Under the pieces are notes generated by a model. It saw nothing but the letters and a program-made list of their open reading frames with translations. It did no database searches and had not been told where the DNA came from. This document shows, one piece after another, positions 18,751 to 28,172 of a DNA stretch of 64,000 bases. Positions within the stretch are counted from its first letter, which is position 1; the number at the start of each line of letters is the position of its first letter. The stretch comes from an uncultured Mycoplasmatota bacterium (GTDB lineage: Bacteria > Bacillota_I > Bacilli_A > RF39 > UBA660): NCBI GenBank assembly GCA_900549625.1, contig URPE01000001.1, forward strand, positions 39,842-103,841. Direction: 5' to 3'. A program made the translations under genes and the position numbers.

Positions 18751-19335
18751 ATGGCTTTAATGGAAAAAAACAAATGCTATAAAATGAATTTATGCATTAT
18801 ACCAGATGGTGAATTGGTAGTTCAAGGTGATAAATTTAATAAATATTATAAATCAGTTAATGGTACCTTCGTTCCAAATGAAAAGTTTATTGTGCAAGAT
18901 AGTATTATTGTTAAAAAGGAAAGGTTTAATAATTATGTTACAGTAGTAGGAACTGATATTGAAATACCTTGCGTTATTTTAGAAATAGAAAATGTCTTAA
19001 GTAGAAACGAATATGATAGTAATGCTAATATTGTTAAATATATATCTTTGGTTGAAGGTAGAACTGATAAAATGTTAGTAGCCTTTGCAATTAATAAGAT
19101 AGGAGAAGTTCCAATCATGGAACATGAAGAAAGTTTTATGCTAAAAGAAGCAACTGAAGAAGAGATTAATAGCCAACTAGAAAATAGCCTTTACTATAAT
19201 TTTGCTGATGATTTACAAGCCTTAGTTAATAGTATTAGAACTAAAGAAATAAGTGATTTAAGAACATATAAAGAAAACTTAAAAAACGAAAAAAAGAGTA
19301 GAATGACAAGAGTAATTAAAAAAATCTTGCCTTAA
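18751..19335 (+). CDS. hypothetical protein (194 aa, no recognised motif)
   Basis: ORF with SD AAGAGGTG 5 nt upstream of the ATG. Soluble, with a K/E-rich C-terminus. Confidence 0.5.
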   Translation: MALMEKNKCYKMNLCIIPDGELVVQGDKFNKYYKSVNGTFVPNEKFIVQDSIIVKKERFNNYVTVVGTDIEIPCVILEIENVLSRNEYDSNANIVKYISLVEGRTDKMLVAFAINKIGEVPIMEHEESFMLKEATEEEINSQLENSLYYNFADDLQALVNSIRTKEISDLRTYKENLKNEKKSRMTRVIKKILP

Positions 19336-19344
19336 TAATAAATT

Positions 19345-19498
19345 TTTTGATACAATTATTATGTTGGTGATGATGCTGCCTTACAACCAGTGGAGTCAAA
19401 ACGTAAGATATACGTTACATTCAAAATAAAGATAGTTAGATTCTATGAATTAGGGTGGTACCACGGCATATTCGTCCCTATTGATGGAATCTTTTTTT
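19345..19498 (+). promoter_or_regulatory. T-box leader (probable Tyr specifier) with terminator/antiterminator
   Basis: T-box sequence AATTAGGGTGGTACCACGG (19448-19466). The terminator pairs AGATTCTATGAATTAGGG with CCCTATTGATGGAATCT and is followed by T7. UAC triplets at 19411 and 19416. Located upstream of the operon ending in tyrS. Confidence 0.75.
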
Positions 19499-19512
19499 GT
19501 TAGGAGGAACTT

Positions 19513-20709
19513 ATGGATAATTTAAAAAGAAAATATGCTCGCTTTTTACTAGAATATTGTTTGCAATTAAAAAATAATGATAAAGTATTTATTATTGGTT
19601 CTAAAGAGATTACAGATTTTATTGATATTTTAATTGCTGAAGCAAACAATATGCATTTAATCGTAAAAACTTATATTAATGATTATCAAAGACAAAGAGA
19701 ACTATTAATGAATAAAGATTATGAATATTTAATTAAAGATGAAAATTTTGATAAAACAATTTATAATGAATTAGCAAAATCTGGTTATGCTTTTTTAAGT
19801 CTTTCCTCACCAATGCCTGATTATTTTTCTTGTGTTGATGCAACTTTGCTAAGTCGTGTTAATGCCTATCAACAAAGTAGTATTAGTTTGTACAGAACTA
19901 TGCAACTAGATGGCTTTCTAAAATGGAATATTAGTGCAGTTCCAAACTCTTATTGGGCGAAGAGTCTTAATGTTACAACAGATGAATTATGGGAATTGCT
20001 TTTTAATATATGTGGCATAACTAGTACGAGTAATACAGCATCTATCTGGAATGATAAATTAAAGAAACTTAATCAAAGAAAAGAATATTTAAATAGTTTA
20101 GATATTTCACACTTCCATTACACCAATAGTTTAGGAACTGATTTATACATATATTTACCAGAAGATTATTTGTTTTGTGCAGCTGATGAAGGTAATCTAG
20201 TTAACTTGCCAACTGAAGAGGTTTTTTCAAGTCCTGAGTATTCTTTAACAAAAGGAATTGTATATGCATCCAAACCCCTTATTTATAACGGGATTACGAT
20301 TAGCGATTTTTATTTAGAGTTTTCGGGTGGGCGCGTCATTAATTATGGGGCTAAAGAAGGACTTACTACTTTAAAAGGTATTTTAAGTACTGATGAGGGT
20401 AGTAAATATTTAGGTGAGGTAGCCTTAGTTGATAATACCTCTTCGATTGCTAAAATGAACTTTTTATTTAAAAATACTCTTCTAGATGAAAACTCAAGTT
20501 GCCATCTAGCCTTAGGTGATGGATTCATGGAATGCCGTAAAAATGGACATTCTATGAGTAAAGAAGAATTACATAAAAGCGTTAATCATTCTATAAATCA
20601 TGTTGACTTTTTTATCGGGACTAATGATTTAAATATTACAGCAACCTTAAGAAATAAAAAAGAAATTGTTATAATGGAAAATGGATTATTTAAAGGAGAG
20701 ATGAAATAA
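19513..20709 (+). CDS. aminopeptidase, M29 (AmpS/PepS) family
   Basis: 398 aa with PTEEVFSSPE, YLGEVALVDN and NTLLDENSSCHLALG motifs typical of M29 thermophilic-type aminopeptidases. Confidence 0.75.
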   Translation: MDNLKRKYARFLLEYCLQLKNNDKVFIIGSKEITDFIDILIAEANNMHLIVKTYINDYQRQRELLMNKDYEYLIKDENFDKTIYNELAKSGYAFLSLSSPMPDYFSCVDATLLSRVNAYQQSSISLYRTMQLDGFLKWNISAVPNSYWAKSLNVTTDELWELLFNICGITSTSNTASIWNDKLKKLNQRKEYLNSLDISHFHYTNSLGTDLYIYLPEDYLFCAADEGNLVNLPTEEVFSSPEYSLTKGIVYASKPLIYNGITISDFYLEFSGGRVINYGAKEGLTTLKGILSTDEGSKYLGEVALVDNTSSIAKMNFLFKNTLLDENSSCHLALGDGFMECRKNGHSMSKEELHKSVNHSINHVDFFIGTNDLNITATLRNKKEIVIMENGLFKGEMK

Positions 20710-21926
20710 TGACAAATTTTGAAGAATTACAAAAAAGAGGTTTAATTAAAGATGTAGCAGGTGAAGGCATTGAAGAACTGATTAATAAAGGTGGAGTTAC
20801 ATTTTACTGGGGAACAGATCCAACGGCTGATTCCTTACACCTAGGCCATTATAGTTCCTTAGTAACGGCTAAAAGATTAATGAAAATGGGCCATCACCCA
20901 ATTTTACTTTGTGGAGGCGCAACGGGAAGAATAGGTGACCCAAGACCTACTAGTGAAAGAGAAATTATTGATATTGACGTTTTAAATCATAATATTGAAT
21001 GTATAAGAAAACAAATTGATGACGTTTTTGAAGGTAAGGCTCGTCTTGTTAATAACTATGAATGGTTTAAAGACTACAACTATTTAGATTTTTTAAGGGA
21101 TATTGGTAAATATATTAATGTTAACTATATGTTAAATAAAGATATTATTAATAGAAGACTAGAAACAGGTATTACTTATGCTGAATTTAGTTATATGTTA
21201 ATTCAAGGGTATGACTTTTTACATATGTATCAAGATTTAGGTTGTACTATGCAAGTTGAAGGAAGCGATCAGTGGGGTAATATTACGACTGGTATTGAAT
21301 TAATTAGAAAAATATTAGGTCGTGAAGCTTACGGATTTACGATGCCATTAATACTTGATAGCAACGGCAAAAAATTTGGTAAAAGTGAAGGCAATGCCTT
21401 ATGGCTTGATAAAAATAAAACTAGTAGTTATGAACTATACCAATACTTAATTAATACTGATGATAGTAAAGTAGAAGAATATTTAAAAGTGTTTACTTTC
21501 TTAAGCTTAGATGAAATAGATGCCATTATGGCGTGTCATAAAAAGGCTCCAGAACAAAGGGGTGCTCAAAAAGAACTTGCCAAACAAATTATTACTGATT
21601 TAAGAGGTGAGGATGAATTTCTACATGCTAAAGAAGTAAGTGAAGCATTATTTACTGGTAACATAAAAAACTTAACGGATAATGAGATTAAAGAAGTCTT
21701 TAAAGGCGTGCCTACTATCACTTATGAAGATAAAGATTTAATTGATATTTTAGTAAGTGGTGGTATTACTTCATCTAAAAGAGAAGCAAGAGAGTTTTTA
21801 TCTAGTGGCGCAATACTTGTAAATGGTCTTGTTGTTCATGAAGAAAATTATCATTTAGAAAATAAAACATACAATATTATTCGTCGTGGTAAAAAGAAAT
21901 ATTATTTAGTAGTAAAAGAGGGATAA
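20709..21926 (+). CDS. tyrS: tyrosine--tRNA ligase
   Basis: HIGH-type motif SLHLGH, KMSKS-type KFGKS, and a C-terminal S4 domain. The start overlaps the aminopeptidase stop (ATGAAATAATG). Confidence 0.95.
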   Translation: MTNFEELQKRGLIKDVAGEGIEELINKGGVTFYWGTDPTADSLHLGHYSSLVTAKRLMKMGHHPILLCGGATGRIGDPRPTSEREIIDIDVLNHNIECIRKQIDDVFEGKARLVNNYEWFKDYNYLDFLRDIGKYINVNYMLNKDIINRRLETGITYAEFSYMLIQGYDFLHMYQDLGCTMQVEGSDQWGNITTGIELIRKILGREAYGFTMPLILDSNGKKFGKSEGNALWLDKNKTSSYELYQYLINTDDSKVEEYLKVFTFLSLDEIDAIMACHKKAPEQRGAQKELAKQIITDLRGEDEFLHAKEVSEALFTGNIKNLTDNEIKEVFKGVPTITYEDKDLIDILVSGGITSSKREAREFLSSGAILVNGLVVHEENYHLENKTYNIIRRGKKKYYLVVKEG

Positions 21927-21927
21927 T

Positions 21928-22482
21928 ATGTTAGAAAATGAATTCGTAAAAAACATTAAAAAGGGGGTATGGGAATCCTTTGTTGCTAGTCTTCTTTTAA
22001 TCGTTTTTGCTTTAGTACTTTTATATAATCCAGAAAACTTTTTAGAATCATCTATTACTACGTTTGGTTATATTGGTTTCTTTTTAGGTGTTATAAATAT
22101 CATGATTCACTTTAAAACTAACAAAGATAGTTTAGTATATAAAAATAATTTTCAAACAGGTTTAATTTTAATTTGTGCTAGTATCATTGCTTTCTTTAAA
22201 ACGAGTGTTATTAAAGAATTTATTGCTTTTATATTAGGGGGATACTTAATCTATCGTGGTAGCCTAAGAGCAAGTCTTTCTATGAATTTCCAAGAACATA
22301 ATAAAAAAATGAGTTTTGTTATTCTTATACTTGCTCTTCTTAATATGGTACTTGGTGTTCTAATGATTTTAAATCCTTTTACTAGTTTAATTAAAATAAA
22401 CGAACTAATAGCCATATTAATAATCATTAATGAAGTATTATACATGTTAGAAAATATTATTATTTTAATAAAATTAAAGTGA
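21928..22482 (+). CDS. multi-pass membrane protein (DUF308/HdeD-like?)
   Basis: Six hydrophobic segments in 184 aa. Family assignment is tentative. Confidence 0.4.
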   Translation: MLENEFVKNIKKGVWESFVASLLLIVFALVLLYNPENFLESSITTFGYIGFFLGVINIMIHFKTNKDSLVYKNNFQTGLILICASIIAFFKTSVIKEFIAFILGGYLIYRGSLRASLSMNFQEHNKKMSFVILILALLNMVLGVLMILNPFTSLIKINELIAILIIINEVLYMLENIIILIKLK

Positions 22483-22547
22483 TGAGCGAAAATGGTTTTT
22501 AAATTGCCAAATTTATTGTATAATACTAATTGAATTGGAGGAATTAT

Positions 22548-24767
22548 ATGAAATTTCGTGTATCTTCTAAAGACTTTACGATATTTGTAGTCTTTTGTGT
22601 CTTTTTACTTTATTTATGCGCTATTGCGGTATTAAACTTTTCATCTTTTGCAAATGATGGTTCATTTTATGGTTTAAATCCTTTTCCAGCTTTTGGGAAA
22701 GATTATATCGTTTTAACTTTATTTATGTTTGCCGTAGCTCTAGTTATTATATTCTCTAGCGTTTCTTCTTATATATTTGATAAAGATAAAAGTGGTAAAA
22801 AATTTTTGAATATTGGTGATAAGGAAGAAAAAGGTTATTCAAGATGGGCTAAAGAAAAAGAAATTAAAAGTGCCAAAGACGTTGTTCATGTTAAAACTAT
22901 TGATCAACATGTTGAAGGAGCAGGTGTTCCTTTGATTAACAATGGCACTGATGTTTGGGTTGATAATTCCGCGTATCACACAATGATAATAGGTTCAACT
23001 GGTTCAGGTAAAACTGAGTGTATAGTAAAACCACAAGTTAACCTTTTAGCCAAAAAAGGCGAAAGTATGGTTATCAATGACCCTAAAGGTGAATTGTATA
23101 AGTATTGTGGTGATTACTTAAAAGAACAAGGCTATAATATTGTTGTTTTAAATTTCCGTGATCCTACAGAAGGTAATTCTTGGAATCCTCTTTCTATGCC
23201 ATACTATTATTATAAAAATGGTAATACCGATAAAGCAATTGAGTTACTTGAGGATATAGCTAATAATATTTTAGTTGACCCTAAAAATAAAGACTCAGCT
23301 TTCTGGGAACAATCTGGTGCCGACTATTTTGCTGGTCTTGCCCTAGCTTTATTTAGAGATGGTAAAGAAGAAGAAATAAATTTAAACTCAATTAATTTAA
23401 TGAGTACTGTTGGTGAAGAAAGAATTGGGGCTAAAACTTACGTTCAAGAATATTTCAATATGAAAGGGGAAGCTTCACCAGAATATATTTTTGCCTCAAC
23501 TACTTTTAATGCACCTAGTGATACAAAAGGTGGTATTTTATCTACTTTTAGACAAAAAATTCGTATTTTTGCTTCCCGTGAAAAATTATCAGAAATGCTT
23601 TCTTATAGTGATTTTGATATGCGTAGTATTGGTGAGAAAAAAACAGCCGTTTTCTTAATTGTGCATGATGAAAAAACAACTTACCATAGTTTACTTACTG
23701 TCTTTTTAAAACAATGTTATGAAACTTTAGTTGAAGTTGCCCAAACAAGTGGTGGTAAATTAAAGTATCGTACTAATTTCATTCTTGATGAGTTTGCTAA
23801 CATGCCTCCTTTAAGTGATGTTGATTCTATGGTTTCAGCTGCTCGTAGTAGAAGTATTAGATTTACCTTTATTATTCAAAACTTTTCGCAATTAAACGAT
23901 GTTTATGGTAAAGAGGTTGCCCAAACTATTCGTGGTAACTGTGGTAATACAATTTACTTAATAAGCACGGAAATGGCGGCCTTAGAAGAAATAAGTAAAA
24001 TGTGTGGTGAAGTTAAAAGTAAAGACAAAGATAAAACAGCTTCTACACCACTTGTAACTGTAACTGACTTACAAAAAATGAAATTGTTCCAAGCTATAAT
24101 TATGCGTATTCGTATGGCTCCATATAAAGTACAATATACGCCAGATTTCAAAATTAACTGGGGTATTGAAAGAAAAGATTTTTCATTTCCTCATCGGGAA
24201 GAAAAGACTGTTTCAACATTTGATTTAAAAACTTTTGTTTCGGAAGCTAAAAGACGACAAATGATGGAAAATGCCAAGAATGGTGAACAAGCACCAAATC
24301 CTTTCAATCCTTTTGGTGGTATGGGTATGCCTAGTAATCCATTTATGAGTGGCATGGGTGGTTTCCCAAGTTTAGATGCAAGTGAAAAATCATCACCTAA
24401 AAGTACATCACCTAATATTGCAAGCCCATTAGGAATAGATGCACCTAATAAACCACTTTCTGCTTTAACTAATGATGAAATTGATAAAATGATAGCGGAT
24501 ATTGATAAAAAATTAGCAGAACTTGAAGAAGAAGAGAAGAAAGAAAAAGAAGCCTCATCAATGAAGAAAGAAGAACCAAAAAATATTGAACTTCCTAAAT
24601 TAGAAGAACAAACTTCTATTACTAATAAAGAAGAAGTAAAAAAAGAAGATATTAAAGAAGTAAATAATGATAAACCAAAAATAAATGTTGATGCAGATTC
24701 AATTGTTATGAATGATAATGTCATAACTGATGATGAGTTCTTTGATGATTTCTTTGGTGAAGAATAA
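22548..24767 (+). CDS. VirD4/TraG-family type IV coupling-protein-like ATPase (orphan) with a low-complexity C-terminal tail
   Basis: Two N-terminal TMs, Walker A GSTGSGKTE, Walker B NFILDEFANM, and RSRSIRFTFIIQNFSQL. The last ~190 aa are P/G/M-rich then E/K-rich. ATG 22548 lies behind GGAGG. Confidence 0.7.
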   Translation: MKFRVSSKDFTIFVVFCVFLLYLCAIAVLNFSSFANDGSFYGLNPFPAFGKDYIVLTLFMFAVALVIIFSSVSSYIFDKDKSGKKFLNIGDKEEKGYSRWAKEKEIKSAKDVVHVKTIDQHVEGAGVPLINNGTDVWVDNSAYHTMIIGSTGSGKTECIVKPQVNLLAKKGESMVINDPKGELYKYCGDYLKEQGYNIVVLNFRDPTEGNSWNPLSMPYYYYKNGNTDKAIELLEDIANNILVDPKNKDSAFWEQSGADYFAGLALALFRDGKEEEINLNSINLMSTVGEERIGAKTYVQEYFNMKGEASPEYIFASTTFNAPSDTKGGILSTFRQKIRIFASREKLSEMLSYSDFDMRSIGEKKTAVFLIVHDEKTTYHSLLTVFLKQCYETLVEVAQTSGGKLKYRTNFILDEFANMPPLSDVDSMVSAARSRSIRFTFIIQNFSQLNDVYGKEVAQTIRGNCGNTIYLISTEMAALEEISKMCGEVKSKDKDKTASTPLVTVTDLQKMKLFQAIIMRIRMAPYKVQYTPDFKINWGIERKDFSFPHREEKTVSTFDLKTFVSEAKRRQMMENAKNGEQAPNPFNPFGGMGMPSNPFMSGMGGFPSLDASEKSSPKSTSPNIASPLGIDAPNKPLSALTNDEIDKMIADIDKKLAELEEEEKKEKEASSMKKEEPKNIELPKLEEQTSITNKEEVKKEDIKEVNNDKPKINVDADSIVMNDNVITDDEFFDDFFGEE

Positions 24768-24791
24768 ACTTACAGAAATGTAGGTTTTTTT
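24768..24791 (+). terminator. Rho-independent terminator
   Basis: CTTACA-gaaa-TGTAGG followed by T7, immediately after the stop codon. Confidence 0.7.
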
Positions 24792-25136
24792 CTTGGAAAT
24801 CTTTTTAGATTGAAGATCATAATTATCATATAGAATAGAGCTAACCTATATAAGTAATAAGAGTCTTGCTAAGTTTTTTTAGTAATAGGGTTAATGTATC
24901 TAAGTTATTATTAATTGTAAAATTTAAATACATGGAATATAAAACGTTTATTGATGAATGATTTTTAATACACTCGCTCCGTCTTATATTTTTACACACA
25001 CATTCTTAGTTTATTCATTTGATATTGTTAGTAGTGGTGTGTTTTAAATACTTACTTTTTAAAAACACCAAGATTAACTGGGTAAATATTATATGCTTAA
25101 TATTAAATTTTGCATACTTTATAATAGGTGGTCAAT

Positions 25137-25391
25137 ATGAAGAAAATTTCTATTACTGATTATCATAAAAATATGGGTACTTTAATTGATTTGTCTAGTA
25201 AAGAGGATTTTATCATCTCTCATCATCCTGATGCAATAAATATTCCTTATCAAAAATTTATGTTATATTATGATGGTTATTTAAAAAAGGAAAAACCTTA
25301 TTTCTTTATTTGTTCTAAAGGCGTACATAGTAATCGGGTTGTAGGTATGCTTGAATATTTTGGGTATGATGTGACACAAGTTTTACATTAA
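25137..25391 (+). CDS. single-domain rhodanese-like protein
   Basis: About 84 aa, with DAINIPY and active-site-like loop FICSKGVHSNR (CxxGxxS/R). Confidence 0.6.
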   Translation: MKKISITDYHKNMGTLIDLSSKEDFIISHHPDAINIPYQKFMLYYDGYLKKEKPYFFICSKGVHSNRVVGMLEYFGYDVTQVLH

Positions 25392-25461
25392 ATAAGACTT
25401 GTGTCTTTTTTTTCTTGCACGCAATACGTTTGTTTGATATATTTATTGTGGTGATTAATTT

Positions 25462-26550
25462 ATGATTTATATAATAATGGGTTTATTAATAGTAGTAATT
25501 ATTTGTTTAATTATTGTTATAATTAAAGTTGAAAAAAATACGAAAGGTGACGCTTCAGTGAGTGCAGAGCTTTTAAAGTTCCAAAATGAATTTACCAAAC
25601 AAATTGGTGATTTCAAATATGAATTTAGTGATAAATTAATGAAAGATTTTAATGCTTTAAATGATCGCATTGAATATCGGCTTAATTTAATGAATGAGAA
25701 AGTAAATCTTAGACTAGATGAAAATTTTGATAAAACTAATAAGACGTTTACAAGTGTTTTAGAAAGATTATCTAAGATTGATGAAGCTCAGAAAAAAATT
25801 GATAGTTTATCAACTGATATAGTATCTTTGCAAAGTGTTCTTACTGATAAAAAAACAAGAGGAATTTTTGGCGAGGTTAATTTAAACTATATCCTAACAA
25901 GTGTTTTCGGTGAAAAAAATGATAAAATATATGAAATTCAATATAAACTAAGCAATGGTTCTATTGCGGATTCTATTTTACATGCCCCAGCACCTCTTGG
26001 TAATATTTGTATAGACTCTAAATTTCCTTTGGAAAACTATGAGCGTATAACTAATAAAACTTTATCGAAAGAAGAAAGAGACATTGCAATAAAACTATTT
26101 AAAGAAGATGTAAAGCGTCATATTAGTGCTATATCAAGTAAATACATTATACCTGGTGAAACAGCTGAACAAGCAATACTATTTTTACCGGCTGAAGCAA
26201 TATTTGCCGAAATTAATGCATATCATCCCGATCTACTTAAAGAAGCTTACAACAAACATGTCTGGATTACTTCTCCAACGACACTTATGAGTACATTAAC
26301 CACTATTTATATGATTATTAAAAATATGGAACGTGACAAATACGCTAAAATAATTCAAGATGAATTAAAAAAACTTTCTATGGAGTTTGATAGATATCGT
26401 GATAGATGGGATAAACTATCTAAAAGTATTGACACAGTAAATAAAGAGGTTAAAGATATTCATGTTACAACTGAAAAAATTACTAAAAGATTTGATTCAA
26501 TCAATAAAGTAGAAATAGCCGTTAAAGATAATTATGAAAAGTTAGAATAA
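25462..26550 (+). CDS. rmuC: DNA recombination protein RmuC
   Basis: N-terminal TM, coiled coil, KTRGIFGEVNLNYIL, LFLPAEAIFAE and SPTTLMSTL segments typical of RmuC. Confidence 0.8.
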   Translation: MIYIIMGLLIVVIICLIIVIIKVEKNTKGDASVSAELLKFQNEFTKQIGDFKYEFSDKLMKDFNALNDRIEYRLNLMNEKVNLRLDENFDKTNKTFTSVLERLSKIDEAQKKIDSLSTDIVSLQSVLTDKKTRGIFGEVNLNYILTSVFGEKNDKIYEIQYKLSNGSIADSILHAPAPLGNICIDSKFPLENYERITNKTLSKEERDIAIKLFKEDVKRHISAISSKYIIPGETAEQAILFLPAEAIFAEINAYHPDLLKEAYNKHVWITSPTTLMSTLTTIYMIIKNMERDKYAKIIQDELKKLSMEFDRYRDRWDKLSKSIDTVNKEVKDIHVTTEKITKRFDSINKVEIAVKDNYEKLE

Positions 26551-26613
26551 CTAGGTTAAACAAACAGACTAAAAAAATTATTACGCATAAACTACCTTGA
26601 GAAAGGTGATATT

Positions 26614-27381
26614 ATGAGTAGAATTTTAAAGTCAGGTGAAAATCAAATTACAAATCCTTATAGTTCTAGACATAAGGCTGTTGATGTAGTAAAAAAATGG
26701 TATCAAAAAGATACTGTTATATGTCATAGTGATGGGCTAGTTATATTAGTTCAAAAAGGAAGAAAAAATAATCGGGGTTCAACTGGTAATGAAAGTTATG
26801 GTAATTTTGTTAAAGTAAAACATAAAAATGGTTATTATACATTATATGCCCATTTAGATACTGTTCTTGTTAATAGTGGGGCGAGCATAAAAAAAGGTGA
26901 TACGATTGGTGCAATGGGAAATTCTGGTAATGCTTATGGCGTTCACTTGCATTTTGAATTACGTGATGAAAATAATAATTTAATAAATCCAACTAATTAC
27001 TTAAATAGCGACTTACCAAATAAAACCGTAACATATCAAGCCTATGATAATATTAAAAAAATGTGGTTACCGAATGTTACAGTGGGTGATGGCGACTATG
27101 CCGGTAATTTTGGCAATCCTATTGGGGGCATTTATTTAGATAACTATAAAATGCGGGTTCATGACAAGAAAAAGGGTATTTGGCTTCCTTGGGTAACAAA
27201 CCGTAATGACTATGCTGGTAATCTTGGTAATGATATTGATGGGGTACAAATTTATGGCGTTAGATACCGTGCTCATTTAAAGGGGAGTGGTTGGCTTTCC
27301 TACGTAAATAAAGTGGACAATACAAGTGAAGGCTACGCAGGTATATATGGTAGGTCTATTGATGCAATTGAAATCAAGTAA
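26614..27381 (+). CDS. M23 (LytM-type) peptidase with C-terminal ChW-like repeats
   Basis: HKAVDV..., YAHL and GNSGNAYGVHLHFEL metal-binding motifs. These are followed by three repeats of the type W(L)P-x-V...DYAGN.G..I.G. Confidence 0.7.
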   Translation: MSRILKSGENQITNPYSSRHKAVDVVKKWYQKDTVICHSDGLVILVQKGRKNNRGSTGNESYGNFVKVKHKNGYYTLYAHLDTVLVNSGASIKKGDTIGAMGNSGNAYGVHLHFELRDENNNLINPTNYLNSDLPNKTVTYQAYDNIKKMWLPNVTVGDGDYAGNFGNPIGGIYLDNYKMRVHDKKKGIWLPWVTNRNDYAGNLGNDIDGVQIYGVRYRAHLKGSGWLSYVNKVDNTSEGYAGIYGRSIDAIEIK

Positions 27382-27484
27382 TCCGTTTTTTATGTAAAAA
27401 ATGCGTAAGGGCTCTTGACAAGGGCTCTTTTTTTCATTAAAATGAATATTAAGTTGTTACTTAAAAAAAGGCCATGGTGATTTT

Positions 27485-28075
27485 TTGGAACATTATTTTA
27501 CAAACAATAGTCGATTAAAAAGCGAAGTTCGCACGATTAAGTTTGAAAACAAGGGGCATGTTTTCACTTTTTTTAGTGATTTAGGCGTTTTTTCTAAAGA
27601 TAAGATTGATTATGGAAGCAGACTTTTATTAGAGGGAATACAAAAAAATAGAGATACGGCAAGTTCTATTTTAGATGTTGGGTGTGGCTATGGCTTTTTA
27701 GGCATTGTTTTATCTAAAACTTATGATGCACATGTTACTATGACGGATGTTAACAAAAGAGCCCTGCACTTATGTGAAAGAAATATTAAAGAAAATAAAG
27801 TGAGTGGGGAGCAAATAGAAAGTAATATATATGAAAATGTTACTGGTACATATGACTTAGTTGTTACCAATCCTCCTATTAGGGCGGGTAAAGAAGTAGT
27901 AAAGAGTATCCTTGCTGGTGCCAAAGAGCATCTAAATAAAGATGGTGATTTATGGTTTGTTATTCATAAGGATCAAGGAGCCAAAAGTATGGCTAAATCC
28001 TTAAGTGATATATATAATATTGAGGTGGTTTTAAAAGATAAAGGATTTTATGTTTTTCGTGCAAAAATTTATTGA
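27485..28075 (+). CDS. class I SAM-dependent methyltransferase (RsmC/YbxB-like, MTS family)
   Basis: FFSDLGVFSKDKIDYGSRLL, SAM motif ILDVGCGYGFLG and TNPPIRAGK. TTG start. Sits directly upstream of rpoB, as ybxB does in Bacillus. Confidence 0.75.
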   Translation: MEHYFTNNSRLKSEVRTIKFENKGHVFTFFSDLGVFSKDKIDYGSRLLLEGIQKNRDTASSILDVGCGYGFLGIVLSKTYDAHVTMTDVNKRALHLCERNIKENKVSGEQIESNIYENVTGTYDLVVTNPPIRAGKEVVKSILAGAKEHLNKDGDLWFVIHKDQGAKSMAKSLSDIYNIEVVLKDKGFYVFRAKIY

Positions 28076-28100
28076 CACTAAAGTTGTTTACTGATAGAAT
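28072..28100 (+). promoter_or_regulatory. sigma-A-type promoter for rpoB-rpoC
   Basis: TTGACA (28072-28077), 17 nt spacer, TAGAAT (28095-28100), about 70 nt upstream of the rpoB ATG. Confidence 0.55.
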
Positions 28101-28172
28101 TGTAAATTGGTGACGTGTTATTTTTGAACGTTTTGATATTTTGAAAAAATTATTGTTAGATGGGGTGAAATC

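Noticed and set aside
24191-24724. 177-aa minus-strand ORF opposite the VirD4-like gene tail
   Set aside because: It is an artefact of the low-complexity E/K-rich coding region, whose antisense reads as S/F/L-rich. It has no SD and lies wholly inside a better-supported gene.
27400-27445. Direct repeat AAGGGCTCTT x2, considered as a repeat element or operator
   Set aside because: It reads more simply as the short terminator after the M23 peptidase gene (GCTCT-tgaca-AGGGC followed by a T-run). No further copies were noticed in the window.
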